NCBI GenBank assembly: GCA_050084515.1
Contig: CM114271.1
Span: 1,922,001-1,986,000, forward strand
DNA from: Blasia pusilla
Lineage: Eukaryota
Direction of reading: 5' to 3'
DNA: 64,000 bases
Positions within the stretch are counted from its first letter, which is position 1. Each line of letters starts with the position of its first letter. The position numbers were made by a program, and so were the translations under genes. A model generated the notes under the pieces. It was not told the DNA's origin, did no database searches, and saw only the letters and a list, made by a program, of their open reading frames with translations. Of the stretch, positions 48,399-62,832 are shown piece after piece.

Positions 48399-51300
48399 TT
48401 GATCTCCGTCTATGCTCCATCAAAATTTGAAACAATATAATTTCCAGTGCATGTCATTATTATTAGACTTACAAGCTGTGCGTAATTTTCTTTATTCTCT
48501 TTTTCTAATTCAACTCCCTCTCTCAAAATGACATGTGTCTACATCATAGGAGCCCATAGAAGACCGTATCCACGCCTAAAAGATTTCTTCAAACTCGATC
48601 CTATTTTAATCTTAAACACTTTTTTACTTGTGCATATGACACTTGTCCTATTTGTATTTGCATTTTCACCTATACATGACACCGTCGAAAGATAGAGGTG
48701 CTCCCAAAAGCTTAGTTTTTGGGAAACGCCTCTACACCTGGAAATGAGAACCAGGAACTCAACACCTGGCCAAAAATGCTAAGGATCAAAAACAGGGTTC
48801 AGAAATCTTTGACTTAAACAGGCAGGAGGGCACATATTGCCACCATCTCTGCACCCCCGCTATGAAAGGACTATGACCTACCTACCTGGCTTCAGATACA
48901 AACACACACGTTCTCCTTGCTTTGGACGTGGGCGTTTGACGAAGACGAGGTCTAAACCTGAAAGGGGCCGGAAACTACACCTCTCGTTTACTCACCCATC
49001 TCCATCTGCGTCGATGACTGACTACCACGTGTGGATTCAAGAGTCAAATGTGCGTCAGTGCTATCTTGAACGGAGAAATGTTGAAATGGGAAGTGCTCCG
49101 AACTTGAATCTTGCGCGCCTCGTACATGCCAAGCACGAAAGGTGCGGTGCAGCGCTCTCGCCTGGCTCTCGCTCTAGATACAGATTTATCTGCCTGCAAG
49201 AGAGCATTCATACAGTTCTGCAACCACTTCTTAATTTATTTTCCAGATGATGCTGGTAAACTGCATTTTCGGGCCCCTTCTCCATTGGACAAACGAATCC
49301 GTCAATCAAGAAAATCTGATCTGAAGAAGACAGTAAGATTTTGGACATTTTCACATGGGGAAAGGAGAGAGCGCGAAGTCTGTAAGCGTCACCTACGATT
49401 GCGTTGGAAGTCTGGCAGCTGGCCATCGGCATCAAATCACGCTATCGAGTGACGAACTCATGATATTAGACCTCTCTGCATAAGAGAAATTGGCAGTATA
49501 GTAGTATCTCAGACAGAAGGTGGTTACTGATCAGGGCGGATCGTGCCAAAAAGTTAGAGGAGACAATATAGAAAATTAAGTAAAACAAACCGTCATATAC
49601 TTATTGTCAAGCACAGCAAAGATGCCTATTGGTTGTAGCAGATCTCCCTGAGTATTCGACGGTCTCCGAAATTCAGGGAGCCGAGAAGAACCGACGAAGA
49701 ATTCGTCCAGCGATGGGAAATTCAATGCCTTCAGTTTCCGTGTTTACAATCTGCACGCATACCCGAGTCTACTGCAGCCACCTCGCAGACTCGAATAGGT
49801 GAGGTGCAATATCTCCGAACCTCTTCCATTACTTGTTCAGACCTGTGTACAACCTGTGCTCAATTTTTTTAAAAATTCTTGCGGCCCGCAAAAGAATTTC
49901 TTGTTCGGGGAGTATGAGAAACGTTTTCTGCACGTTGCCATTAAAACAAGAAGCCACTCTTCTCCTCTCTACTCTAATAGTATAGATGACATATCTACCT
50001 ACCTGTTGAATCATCACGCACATGAAAACTTTGACGAGTTTGAAGTTGCTGATGCGTTCACACGACAAATTTCAGGTGAGTTGTAAGGGAGCTCAATAGA
50101 CTTGGGTATGCGGAGGTCTGTCAATATTGATGCAACATGAGACCATCCGCATGGTAGCATGTTTTCGTTCACTCCACAACTCTGGGGAACAGACTTTACC
50201 CTGTATAACAAAACCGAGAAGAAATCATTGAATAAGAGGACACTCAATAATATGTCCGTTTTTCTACATGATTTATCTATGTGTAACTCATATTTTATAA
50301 AAAAACCTGAGGATTGATTTGTATTGTATAACGAAACGAAGTGTATGTCACATGACAAAATATGCGAGAGAAATCGACCCACTTCGATTCAAGCAGTGTT
50401 TGAATCAAAGTCTATTAGGTGTCAGTTAGTCTCAAGGCCACCTTACTAGTTTTGATTTTAGGTCAGAATCGTATTGCACATATGGTTTTGTAACGACAAG
50501 GGTTCATTCCTAGTCCATGGCTCTCGCTTAAATGGCTCACGGAATCTCAAGGTGCTACAAGAAGTTGTCTTACACGTTCGGAAGTTGAACACTTGGATGA
50601 AATCCCCAAGCATACGATGTTTGGAATGTACAGAATCCCCAGTCATAGCTGGAAAACTAGGATAAGAGGGCAGAAGTTCGGGAAAATTACTTTGAAATGC
50701 CCCATCGCAGCGAAGAAATGGAGTATTTTGGCAAAAGATTTGGACGTCTCGGGAGCGATGGAAAGGGGAAGATGACATCCGATCGAAGTCAGTCTAAGAT
50801 ATTTGGAAAGTTGACAAATCGTCAGCAATGGCGACAAGCTATGTTTGCTATGTGGACTAAACCTAGAAATGCCGACTAACTTACAGAGATCGTATTTTAC
50901 CAGTTCTGGAAAATCCTGATGGCTGGAAAAATCTGGAGTTTTTTCAATTCATAGTAGAAAGCATTCAAACGTATGGGAATATGTGAGGACGTTGACTTGA
51001 ACTCTTACAAACTTCTTATCGGATCTAACCCACAGGATGGTTCATCGCAAGGCTAGGAACGGAAGAAATCTGTGAGTTAAATTCTCCAACACGCCGATGA
51101 CTAAACTTAAGACCATCTGGACTTGTAAGTGCAATGAAGAGGTTTCCCATCGAAGAATAACTGTCCGAGCAAGTGACAAACAGTCATCGATCATCTGAGA
51201 AAGGACTTACTGAGTATACCCACCAAAACATACATTACTGCACTCCACAAGGAAATTCAGCTCTTCACACTTCCATCAAGACGAAAATGCTACGAGAAAA

Positions 51301-53402
51301 TGTATAATGCTCGCACTTTGCCACTCAACACCAACCTTACTGCGGCTGCAAATGCGAAGGAGTTGCCTCACATGTCCAAAGAGAAGGAAAAAAAGTCGTT
51401 CTGGGATTTCCCCTAAAGGTAATAGAGCGCAGTGTGATTTTGAGATAAAACACCGTTCGATATATATCGTAGTTCTGTTCACCAATGCCAAAGCCAAAGC
51501 TTTCCACGTCCACATTCCTTTAATTCTGAATGTAGTGGCTATGGTGACCATTGCCCGCCAAACAGAATCTACCAAACCCCTTGAGACAGGAAATTTGACT
51601 TCTGATACTTGATAGAAAGAAATTAGCTAAGTTCACCCGTATACCTGGTTTCCGGTGCCATTCGGCACGATAGCTTCCACCATGCCTATCATGGTGGAAG
51701 CAATCGTTTAGGTGATCGGAACATCTTTCACTCTCGGCGTCACCGCCCAGGTCTCTAGCCTACATCTTAACGAGCCATGTCACCTAGACCATAAATTAGG
51801 GTATCCTTTCCTCAAGTTGAGTGCTCCAGGTGGTTTCAAAGTGTCTTATCCACAAAGAGCAATACCCACGGGAGTAGAATATGAGCAGATAAGAGTGTGT
51901 ATGGAACGGAGGCAATCCCCCAGAGGCGCTTGCAGCAGACTTTTGTAGGGGCCACATCTTAAAGTGCGAGTAATCTGTGTAGAAAATTGTTCATCGAGCG
52001 TTTTCTGTGATATTGGGAACCTTGGGAGAGACAGACACCTCCCAATATGAGAAACGACATTCCTAGATAATTGGAACTTTGTGTGCTACTCTCTCTTCCA
52101 CGGTACAACAACGAGAGACCCCTACAGGTATCGTTTGTGATGTTCTTACGTAATTCTCCAGTTTTTTTCGAACAATTAGTGGTATAATATGAAAAGTACC
52201 AAACCTGCCGCAAAATTACTTTAATTAGTCGTCGTATAATCTTAACTTTGGAATATACCCATCTTTCGTTACATACTATGCTCTTTCCTGAGAATCCTGC
52301 TTTCTCTTTACAAGAATGTGGGATTGCATCAAGCAAATAACTAATTATTACATAGCTGGATTTGAGCAGCATGGACAATGCAATAGTCATCGAAAAATAG
52401 ATTTACCAGAAACATTCACACCTCGACCTGCACATGGGAAGCCCAATGGTTCAGAAAAAATGCTTTACTTGGCAGTCGCAGTGCTCGAGTAATAGTGCTC
52501 TACACATAGAGACACAATGAACACTACATTGACAGAAGTAAAAAAGACGGGAAAAGTTGGAAAAGTTGGTAATTGGTTGATTCAGCCTGAGTAGAGCCAA
52601 GGACTTGGAGATGAATAAGAACAGTGTTACTAAAGTCCTGGGGGAAGACATCATATACGCCTTCCTTCACCCACTATTGAGAAGGACTTCACCACAGAAA
52701 TGCACAACAAGATGAGTTGCCCCAGACCAAAAAGGCGGGGCAAATTATCCAGACCAGATAGCTTAGTGTAGCCCTGAAAGAACATTGACAAGAAAGTGAT
52801 CCTGTGCGCGTGCAAGTTATGACTATATCTGAATTATGACATAATAGGATCCAAGCTCAACCCGTATTCCACCAAATTCACAGTTGGAAGTTCTAGAAGC
52901 TTTCACATCAAGTACAAAGAGAGGGATTGGAACAATTCAGGTCTACCTGGCTTCAAACTTTCAATGAAAAACGTCACATCGGATCAAGACATCCGTTTCT
53001 CTAGCTGCTATAAAGCTGAGACAAAAAGACCAACACTCACACCCACGTTAACCATATTCATGAGAGCATGCTCACTTTCTCCAGCCTGGACAACCTAGCA
53101 GAGGACGCAGCCTTTCTCTTCACTCTGCATATCAAAGCTTTGGAGAAGCTACGGAATTATAGAACACAAATTGAGTTGATTAACAATGAAAAGTCTGCAG
53201 AGTTAGTAACAACAACAACTAGTATGTAAAGATAGATGATACTAGCAGGAAACTAAACCATGAGATAATAGGGCTATTCATCCGGAGCTATAAGAAAACT
53301 CATTCATACTCGAGCCCAAAATGCTACAGTTTATCAAATCAAGTCTAGGTTACTTGAAGCAGGTTCTGCAGAGAGTCGTCTAGATAGCAAGAGTCCTTCT
53401 AA

Positions 53403-53632
53403 GAGCCAGATCCCATGCACAGCAGGTCGCGGCGACCATAGAGCTTCGCCACTTTGTCTGTGCCCAAAACTTTTGGGCGCAGAAATGGCCCAGCATCCTG
53501 GTGACCTTGACTTGGCTATAACCGAAAGTAGTTACTAGGGACCAGTTCGCTGATACTATCCATTCGAAAATTGTTTTGGTCGCAGAAATGAGGGTCGCCG
53601 TGACCTCTGCGAGTCTTCATGGGATCAGTCTC
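53403..53632. mobile_element. Tourist/PIF-Harbinger-like MITE
   Basis: Imperfect TIRs GAGCCAGATCCCATG...GGTCGCGGCGACC and GGTCGCCGTGACC...CATGGGATCAGTCTC, with TAA on both flanks (53400-53402, 53633-53635). Confidence 0.7.
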
Positions 53633-55629
53633 TAAGCATAAGGCCTCTCAAGCACCTGCCCAATTCAACTTTGGGCTACTAACAGTGAAAGCGATCCATC
53701 CATGACTAGCCGCTTGTGAAAATTAGGGAAAGTAGGAGAAACTGGACTTGGAAAACAAGTGAGTTTCCGATGTTGAACAAGTTGGTACTGCAAAGGGAGC
53801 ACTCCTCAAAAACAAACTCTCGACTGCTTCCAAGTAAACCGCATCACCCTGTGAGTACCTGACAGACACAAAGTGGAGCAGCTCGTTCTCCTAAATAGGT
53901 TCGAAAACTTCACATGAAAGAAGAGTACTATTTTCTTCCATGGGCGACTAGGTAAGTGAGGTGGATCACCACAATTTGAAAAGAAACTCCAACCAATAGT
54001 AGAGAGTAAAAGTTGCATGAGAGCCAAAGAGTGTCTAATGGCTCGCTGCCCCGTATGCCAACGAGTATCTGGACACTCATGTGAAAGGAGGTTTGACGTC
54101 AACAAAATTCGGAGCGTTTTGATACACTTGAATTCGCTCAGGACATTACTACTGACGACATCTCCTGAATGGACGGCTCATTTACCACTATTTCAAATTT
54201 CGATTACTCCCTTGTTCTACTTACCAAGATAAGGAAGTGCAACTCAAAATGTAGCTTTGTCATTAAAATGCCGGACTCAGATTAGCAGCGGACATCATCG
54301 AGTGCTTTGGCTATTCCCATCCTACCCAATCGCAAAGGAACCTACGGAAAATATCACTTCAGAATCAACTTCACTTACAACTTCGCGATGGATTCATTAT
54401 CCACGCGGATTATTACAGAATGTTTGCAGCTTGCGATAAGTTTTGAGCAGTCTGGAGTTGGATGGCTATTCACCATGAACAATAAGAATTTCGATAAGGT
54501 GTGTAGCAGTGGAGACGATGCAGCCATTTGCGGCCATAATTATATCTAATGGTAAACATATACTGAAACTTACATCACGAGGAGTGATATTGCCCTCAAG
54601 GCGTCGTCATCAGATTCTAACTACAACACTGATGGCCTCGCTACGCTCGATTTGAATCATCTTGCCCTTCGCAGATAGAACGAAACATCAAGACCCAGCG
54701 ATAGCTCAACTCCTCCTTCCAGATCACTTTGCTACACTATCGAGAGGAGATTCCCGCAATAATATCGTCAGTTCCGAAACATCTAGGAGTCCAAAGCCAG
54801 CACACTGATCGCTTGCAAGATCTGTATGCATCGCTGTGCGAACAGCGCGGGAACTGCAATCTGCAACCACTAGAGCGCCGATTCGTTCCTGTATTGAGTT
54901 GAAAGTAGTCAGAAAGAAAACTTGCAACATTTTGGGCATCTTGTTTACGACCTTTCTTTGAGGCCGCCAAAATTGTAGTACTATTTTAACAAGTCCTAGC
55001 ACTTCAACCAGATATAAAGAATAAATCTCGAGGAAACGAAGCGACCGGAAAGTATTTCGGTGCGGATCACACATGTATCAGGGGACTTCCGCCCCTTCCT
55101 GCAGTACTTGCGAAAGGATGCAGCAAGCGAGATTCGGGCTTCATACAACATTCACTTTGTATTGTCCATTTAGTATACACTTACTACATTCCCTACCCTG
55201 ATCCTCACTTCGATGGCATGCCCTGAGAACGAAGATACAGGGACAATTAGATCGGGCCTCGCACATCGATGCAGGTCAGTAGCACTCGCTCTCACCCACG
55301 TACAAGAGCGCATCATCGACCGTGTCTGCTCGACCTTCCCCGCAGCCTCCTGTATCTCGCGGGTAGATTACACACACGGTCAATATGACCCGCTCCTGTA
55401 AGAGAGCATCACCTTGTCTCCTGCTATCTCAAGAATGTCGTGAGAGAATCAACCATACACTCTAGACAACATTCTTGTGGCGATTGGACACTCATCCTCC
55501 TCTGGTCTTTCCGGTCTCCTCCTCCTCCCCCTCCTTCCTCCTTCTTTACTTCTGCAAATTTTGCTTTCGTGAGCTCTGACTCCATCACTTTCGATTGACG
55601 TCTTCTTCTTCTCCATCTTCGGCACTTCC

Positions 55630-55798
55630 GCAGATCTGGTTGTTGGGAGATCCCGCTTCAGATGGTTAACCGTCTTCTTCTTTTCTCGTCTTCTTCTCCA
55701 TCTTCGGCACCTCCGCAGATCGACCCCTTCGCTTTCGTTTGCAGATCTGGTTGTTGGGAGATCCCGCTTCAGATGGTTAACCGTCTTCTTCTTTTCTC
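55630..55798 (+). repeat. Direct duplication of about 58 bp upstream of TFIIB
   Basis: GCAGATCTGGTTGTTGGGAGATCCCGCTTCAGATGGTTAACCGTCTTCTTCTTTTCTC occurs at ~55630 and ~55741. Confidence 0.85.
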
Positions 55799-56286
55799 CG
55801 TCTCATCTCTTTCTCCTACTGCTTCAGCATTTCCGCAGATCTGATTGTTTTGAGCTACCCCGCAAATCTACTTTGTTTGTTCTTCAGTGACTCACCTACA
55901 AGGATATGCCGTGCTGGCGGCGTCGGGTTCCGCCAGCAAGCCAGCCAGCCGACCGCTGCACGCTGCAGAGCGGGGCTGCGAGGCCACATGCATGCTTTTG
56001 GTGCGTCCGGTTTCTTGGCACATCCTCTAGGACGCGGGGATCGCTGGAACTACGTTGCCGGAGAACACTACAGTCGTCCTCGCCTCCAGGCCCGTTGGAT
56101 CGCAACAATCGATGGCTGGTATGGCAGATGGAACAGTTCCCGGTTACCTAAAGCACCGGCACGGGAAAAGACGGGTCCGTGCCACCGACTGGCAACAACG
56201 GGTGGGCTGACCGCGCAATTTAGGAGTACAGTATCTGATCGCATCCCAACGAACCGGCTTGGGTCCTGACCTAGCTTTTGGGGTGC

Positions 56287-56294
56287 TATATAAA
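56287..56294 (+). promoter_or_regulatory. Candidate TATA box of the TFIIB gene
   Basis: TATATAAA about 620 bp upstream of the ATG, followed by a purine-rich UTR-like leader. Confidence 0.45.
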
Positions 56295-56912
56295 TGCAGG
56301 ATGGCATCATTTCACGCTGCCAGACTCTACATCCTGGCTCTTCTTCTCCGCTGCGAGAACAGAGCGTTCGCCGCGCATCCTGAGGGGAGAAGCGGAAAAA
56401 GGAGTTGGGGGTTGTAAACCAAGGCAGAGCAGACGAGTGATCTCTGCGTCGGGGAGTGTGATGGTTTTCCCAAGGATGTGACATGAGAAGAAGATTTGAA
56501 AGAATAAGAAATTCGGAAAGCCTAGCCGCGGGCTGTGCAGTGCCTCTGCACAGAGAGCTGTTTGAGAGGGAAGCATGGAACCAATTTGGTGCACGATACA
56601 AGCTGCTAGGAGGAATCACGTGTAGATGAGAAATAGACAATCATTGCACTGGTCAGCAGATTGCTTGCCAAGGGGCGGAATTCAAACCAAGCGGTGGTGG
56701 TTTAGAGTAGGAGAGGAACGCAGTATTTGGAGGGTGGGGTGAGAATTCGAAGGGAAAGAATAGTAGGAAGCAGGTGCACTCTGGGGAGAGAAAGTCACGG
56801 AAGAATTTTTGAAACGCAGAGTGCAAAGCGTAGAAAGTTGGAAACGATCTTGGACTTTGAGTGACGAAGACGGAAAGACTGAGAGTTGAAAGAGGAGTCG
56901 AGGGGAGAGAAG

Positions 56913-57273
56913 ATGAACAAAGTGGTGTGCCCAGAATGTCATCGAGCAACGGAGGTGGTGGTGGATCACGCTGCTGGAGACATGGTCTGCTCGGAGTGTG
57001 GATTGGTTCTTGAGGCGCATTCTATCGACGAGACGTCCGAGTGGCGTACATTTTCAAATGAGTCGTCATCGAACGACCCAGTTCGTGTTGGTGGCCCTTC
57101 CAATCCTCTGTTGACTGATGGGGGTATGTCCACAATCATCACAAAGCCCAATGGTGCACAGGGAGATTTCATGTCGTCTTTAGGCCGCTGGCAAAACCGA
57201 GGCTCTAATCCGGACCGCTCACTGATTATCGCCTTTCGCACAATTGCCACGATGGCTGACCGGTCAGTTTCTT

Positions 57274-57310
<37 letters not shown>

Positions 57311-57389
57311 CCATCCCAGTCTCAAGCACCGTCCAACCAGGGCGCGGGGTCTATGGTCGCAAGGCTACGACAGGCACTACTTAATGAGT

Positions 57390-57439
<50 letters not shown>

Positions 57440-60289
57440 AGTGCAACGTCCAACCAGGCGCGGGGTCCATTGTCGCAAGGCTACGACAGGCACTACTTAA
57501 TGAGTAAAGTATCTTTCTCTCCGTCCAACCAGGGTTCGGGATCTACTACAGGTACTACATAGTGGTCAATCAGATTGCTATGCCTGTGGATCACTCTAGC
57601 CCAACTGGATTAAGGTGGTTAGTGGGATATGTTGAACATGTCTCGACAAACCACATGGCACTGCTGTAGGGAAAATGCCTCGTCCTCTTCCTGGCATGTT
57701 GTGACAAATAGGATTGTGCATGAATTCTTGGCCCCGATCCTCCCAGCTCCCTGTGTACATCTGGGCAATTCTATCCTCTGGAAATTTAGTAACATACGAA
57801 CTGTGTTGATTTTTTCGGTATCGCCTAACTCCTTAGGTATTGGATCTTGTTTCACCTCTTTTTTATTTTAATCAGAAAGAAAATGACTAATGTTTCTGTA
57901 ACCTGATGTGGGGGATCATCATATGAACTCTCATGCAGATTGGGGCTCGTCTCTACAATTAAGGTGCATTTTCAGATTTGTCTCCTTTTGGCTTTGCTAA
58001 TCCCAGTACAACTGCAAGTATGATATAAAATGTGAAGCCATCTGCATCCGTGATACATCAGGCATCTTGATTGGCTTCTGAACCATGCATAGCATCCACA
58101 CATGATTCGATTTGAGTCATCATTGGCATTTGTAGGAGCTGGCGCTTGTTCAACCCTTGTAATTGCACCTTTTGCCCATAGAATTTGCCTCAGGCCAAGT
58201 ATATGTCAAGTAGCCCAAAAATGAATGAAGTTCCCATAATTCTGAATCGCATATTTCTCAATGCTCCATGTATCAAAGTCTACTTGCTGTCCCCTTTACA
58301 CTCAACAGTTCTGATGATCCTTAATTTAGTTAAGCCGTCTTGCAGGTGGAAACTCTGCACAGATTTAAAGTGGTTTGTTTTTCCTTGTATTTATTGGTAC
58401 ACAGGTCTTGACCAGGTGAACTGCCTTTTTTTCCCAATAAAGAGATGATTAGTGTACTCCTACTTCTTTGTTGTGAAGGATCGGGCCAACGAGATATATA
58501 AGAAGGTGGAGGACTTGAAGTCCATCAGGGGAAGGAGTCAAGATGCCATCCTGGCTGCTTGTCTCTACATCGCTTGCCGACAGGAAGATAAACCTCGAAC
58601 ATTCAAAGGTATAGTCCAGTTACAGGACTTCTCAAGGTAAATGGGAATCTTTCAGAAGACAAGATGGCTTCAGTTATTTTTCTGTGGTGCAAACATTGCA
58701 TTACCAGTATTACTTGTAGGGTATATAGTCACTCCTTTTCTGTTTATGGTGCTCATGTTCACCACACACAGAATAAGAGAGCCTTCTAATAAGCACTCTT
58801 CTGCCAGTACGTCTGTACTGTAACATTTGAGCTTCTAATACATGCTTGTGGTCGCTTAGAAAGTTATAAAAGGTCAAAATGCATAAATTTAGATATCAAC
58901 TATGCAACTAACAACCAGTCTAATATGATCTAGTTAATTGTCATGAACTTGGAAAAATGCTTCCTTGGGCCTAAACCATGTATGGTCATGTAAAGGTAAC
59001 AATTTCTCTTAACCAAGTTTGATGCGTGTAGAGATCTGCTCAGTGGCAAATGGTGCATCCAAGAAGGAGATTGGGCGTGCTACCAAGTTCATCGTGAAGC
59101 AGTTAGAGGAGGAAATGGGGATGTCAATGGAGATGGGAACTATTCATGCTGGTGATTTCTTGGTAAGTCTTTGTGATGAGGGAAACATCTGCTCACTATT
59201 TACTGAATGCAGCTGGACCAGAAGGGTTAAGTAGGCTTTCACCATTTATGGTACTAAACTCCATCAGTTTTTCAGTTCTGGCTTACAAACTGCCTATCTT
59301 TCTTATCGTTATCCGCACAAGCAAATCTGAGAACTATGTAATATGTCCACAAGATGTATAAGAGGTTTACAGAGTGCTCATATCTCTGATGGTTTTATTG
59401 TGCAGAGACGATTCTGCTCGCATCTAGGGATGACCAATAATGCTGTTAGGGCTGCTACTGATTCTGTGAAAAGATCAGAACAACTCGACATTCGGTACAT
59501 AAACTCTTACCCTTCATAAACTCTTACGACCTTCCTGGTACTTACAATGATTTATCTAGGAGGAAATGGGCCTTAGAGGTGTATTTTTACAGAGTTAGAT
59601 ACCGTGTAGGCTTGATCGCCAGCATCAATGGTGGCACTTCATGGGCAGTTCAAAGACTACGAACTAGAGACATACTAATTAGTAATGATGTTTTTATGGG
59701 GTTACAGGAAAAGTCCCATCTCCATAGCGGCTGCTGCAATCTACATGATCTCTCAGCTATCAGACGACAAGAAACCACTGAAAGGTTTGCTCTCTGTCAC
59801 CTGCAGGAATGAATTCGTTTCGATCAATAACGACCATATAGAGGTCCTCAAGTTTGCAACTTGTGTTTTCGCACGTATGCAGTCGCCACACTTCTCATGT
59901 TGGAGTGTCACTTGGTCATTTAAGTGTTGCTGGTGTTAAAAGTCCAAGTGAAGGGAAATGCAGATGAGAGAAAGAGATAGAATTGAGTGAGGTACCTCTA
60001 TCAGTCAAACATCTACAAGCTTCACATGGGAGATTCTTTCCCCGGAATCCTACGGCCCTCTTCTTCTTTAACAAGTGATGTGTGAGTGTTAAAGCATAGG
60101 AAGAATTGAGAGGGAACTATAGCTAATTCTAATGTCGTCGTGTTTTTGTTTTCAGATATTTCTCGAGTTGCTGGTGTAGCCGAGGTTACAATCAGAAATT
60201 CATACAAAGATTTATATCCTCATGCTGCAAAGCTGATTCCAGAGTGGTTTGCCAAGGAAGAGGATCTAAAGAATCTCTGTGCCCCGTAG
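56913..60289 (+). CDS. TFIIB: General transcription initiation factor IIB, 311 aa, 7 exons: 56913-57262, 57939-57963, 58479-58608, 59032-59162, 59406-59494, 59708-59784, 60156-60289
   Basis: Zn ribbon CPECH...[14 protein letters not shown]-reader [10 protein letters not shown], cyclin repeats ([46 protein letters not shown]). All introns are GT-AG with consistent phases; 936 nt in total. Confidence 0.96.
57275..57505 (+). repeat. (CT)n tracts plus a duplicated ~60-bp unit in TFIIB intron 1
   Basis: CGTCCAACCAGG...GTCGCAAGGCTACGACAGGCACTACTTAATGAGTA occurs twice, each after a (CT)n run. Confidence 0.85.
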
Positions 60290-61608
60290 GATACAACTCA
60301 TTCTGGAAGGTGGCCATTTTTGTAATTCATTCTCCCAAATTCTCTCAACCAGCAATCTTCATGAGTCACAACATTCTATGGTGGAGTTGTGTCTCAGGGC
60401 AGAGGAGGCAAAGTCATCAGCTTGGTTTAGTACTCCGAGAACCACTTACGTTGTTGAATCCTTGAATCCTCGGGATGAGTTGGCTCTCTGCCCAGTCCAA
60501 GAAACTGTCGGAGATGGGCAACGATGTATAGATAGCATCGAATTCCCTGCCAAGCCTATCCAAATTTCACATTTCATCTTTTATTGGAGGAAAATCCTAT
60601 CTGGAAATGCCCAGGTATGGAACCATTTTTTTGAATTTCCCAGCGAAGGATGCACCCTAGTGAGCTGGAGAGTGGTTTCTTGTCGTCTGATAGGTAAGAG
60701 ATCTTCCGAGATCATGTATGACTCGGAAACCTTCCAAAGTATGTCACTTCTATTGATGGAGAGAAATTTTAAGTGCTAACGAGAGATGTATACACAACCC
60801 CATCACCTAGTAAGGTTTCAGACGCGATGGAACTGTAAGGTTCCTTTTTGGACGGTGTCTTCATTCCCGGATTTTTTTGTAGTGCCAGTAAAGACTGATG
60901 GATTGAGTTCAGGGATTGAAGCAAATCTTCACTTTTGGTGATCCGGGCAAGGCTATGAAGAATGATATTCTGAGTGGTTCAGTATGAAATTTATTTGCGG
61001 ACACAAGATGCAACACCCTAGAATGTCAAGCAATGGCTTCCTGAAATAATACTCTTCACAGGATTCTTGGAGAGTGTCTATCAAAATCCCTTTCGGCCAA
61101 TAATAATATACTTTCATTAGAATTGCCCAAAATTAATTTCAAATTGCATTAAAACTTTGGGAGTCACTTATGAAAGGTAACCTAAGTCATGCACCTTCCT
61201 CGTCATCATTGAACTGAAGGTCAAAGTTGGGACGTTGCCCGTCACATGGTCAGCCTCTCCCAGTGCAGTCCCAGGAGCCCACGTCTCAACTGCAACGCCC
61301 GGCTTCTGGACTCCAAACCTTAATGGACCAGCGTGACCATTTTATGAGGACAAATTCCCATCAGCGTGACCCTTTTGACCATTGTAGAGGACAAAATTCA
61401 AGTCTCGCCTTATCTTCGAAGCACCGGATGTACTAGTGTGTTTTGTTGTGCGGGGAAAACACTTTACAGAGCAGAATCCAAGGAGCTTTTACGTATCGAT
61501 CATGCCGCAAATGCGAATGCTTCATTATGTTACTGTCAGTCCACATTGCGTATGGTCCGCCCTCTCCAAGTGTTCTTTAACTAACTGCAGCATCTTCGGC
61601 TCACCTCT

Positions 61609-61750
61609 CTAAGTGTCGTCCAAATGCCTCCCAGTATTCTTAATTCATTCCGACATGTTCGACTCACGTCTGTAAGTGTCGTCCAAATGCCTCCCAGTGT
61701 TCTTAATTCATTCCGACATGTTCGACTCACGTCTGTAAGTGTCGTGCAAA
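61609..61750 (+). repeat. Tandem repeat, ~63-bp unit, just over 2 copies
   Basis: TAAGTGTCGTCCAAATGCCTCCCAGT.TTCTTAATTCATTCCGACATGTTCGACTCACGTCTG repeated. Confidence 0.85.
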
Positions 61751-62649
61751 CGCCTGATGTCGGCGGAACATGGCCTCTCTAGCAACCGTAGACGAGCCTG
61801 CCTGGACGCGTCGTGGAGCTACGTGCATTCCCCAGGAGAGATACGATTACCAGATTACTTTTGACAGATTTCTGACAGGAGCCAAACGTTTGACATCTCC
61901 GTAGCAATCGAAACGTAGTACGATCTTCAGGATTCTATACAAGGATGCGGTTGAATCTTTGCTAAAACAAGTGTACTCGAGTGTGTGTTGCAGCGTGTGA
62001 TTAGTTTAGATGTTTAGGATCCTATACAAGGATGCGGTTGAATCTTTGCTAAAACACTCGCACTCGGGGTATATGATCATATACCCCGAGTAATGATCAT
62101 TGGATGGATATACTCGTAAAAATACATATGAAATAAAAAAGTGTTTAAGAATTAATTTATTATTCTAAAAAAAATTTTAATCATGTTATAAATAATTTTA
62201 TTTTTTTTATTGTCTTATTGAAATATTTAATTGTCGTCTAATTGTCACAAGTCAAATAGAGAGGTGTTTGCAAATCAAGAAGGCACCTTCCCATAATAAC
62301 ATGGATTGGAGAATTTCAAGATTCCGACCTAGGAAATTTGTGAATCTTAGTCGAAAAGTTGAACATTTTACTACTGATATTTCCTGAACTTTCAATTTGG
62401 TATGAGAAATTTCTGAAGTTTGGCATTAGCATATAATGATAGAAATTGCATCAAAAATTTGGATGCAATCGATTGGTATCATGGATGCATGGATGCGACC
62501 TTTTAAACCCTAAACCTTTATGGTGTAAATTGAACTATATGAAGATGAAGTAGTAGCTCTTGGCAAGTAGTGGTAGTTCAAATTCCACATTTTAGCCTAG
62601 ATAATTTTCTTTTTTGAGTCTCAATTCTTTTTCATTCCCATTTAAATTA

Positions 62650-62832
62650 CTAGTAAGGACCCATAGGGACCGTGTGATGCACGGTCACTTATTAATAGCT
62701 CATGTTTAAATGTAACTCTCCTACCAATATTTACAAGACCCCTTAAGATGACCAAAAGTATGTTTGAAAAAAGTCTAGTGACACGTGTTGGATAGAGGAC
62801 CAGCTATAGAAAACTCCATCCTCCAATTAGTA
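62650..62832 (-). mobile_element. Small non-autonomous Helitron (minus strand); its 5' tip is displaced to ~63461-63466 by another Helitron
   Basis: Minus strand ends GACCGTGCATCACACGGTC...CTAG|T; collinear with 46040-46220. Confidence 0.7.

Noticed and set aside
56886-57500. 204-aa single-exon ORF as the TFIIB product
   Set aside because: It begins at a non-ATG codon and runs into intron 1 (CT repeats); the spliced 311-aa model fits better.
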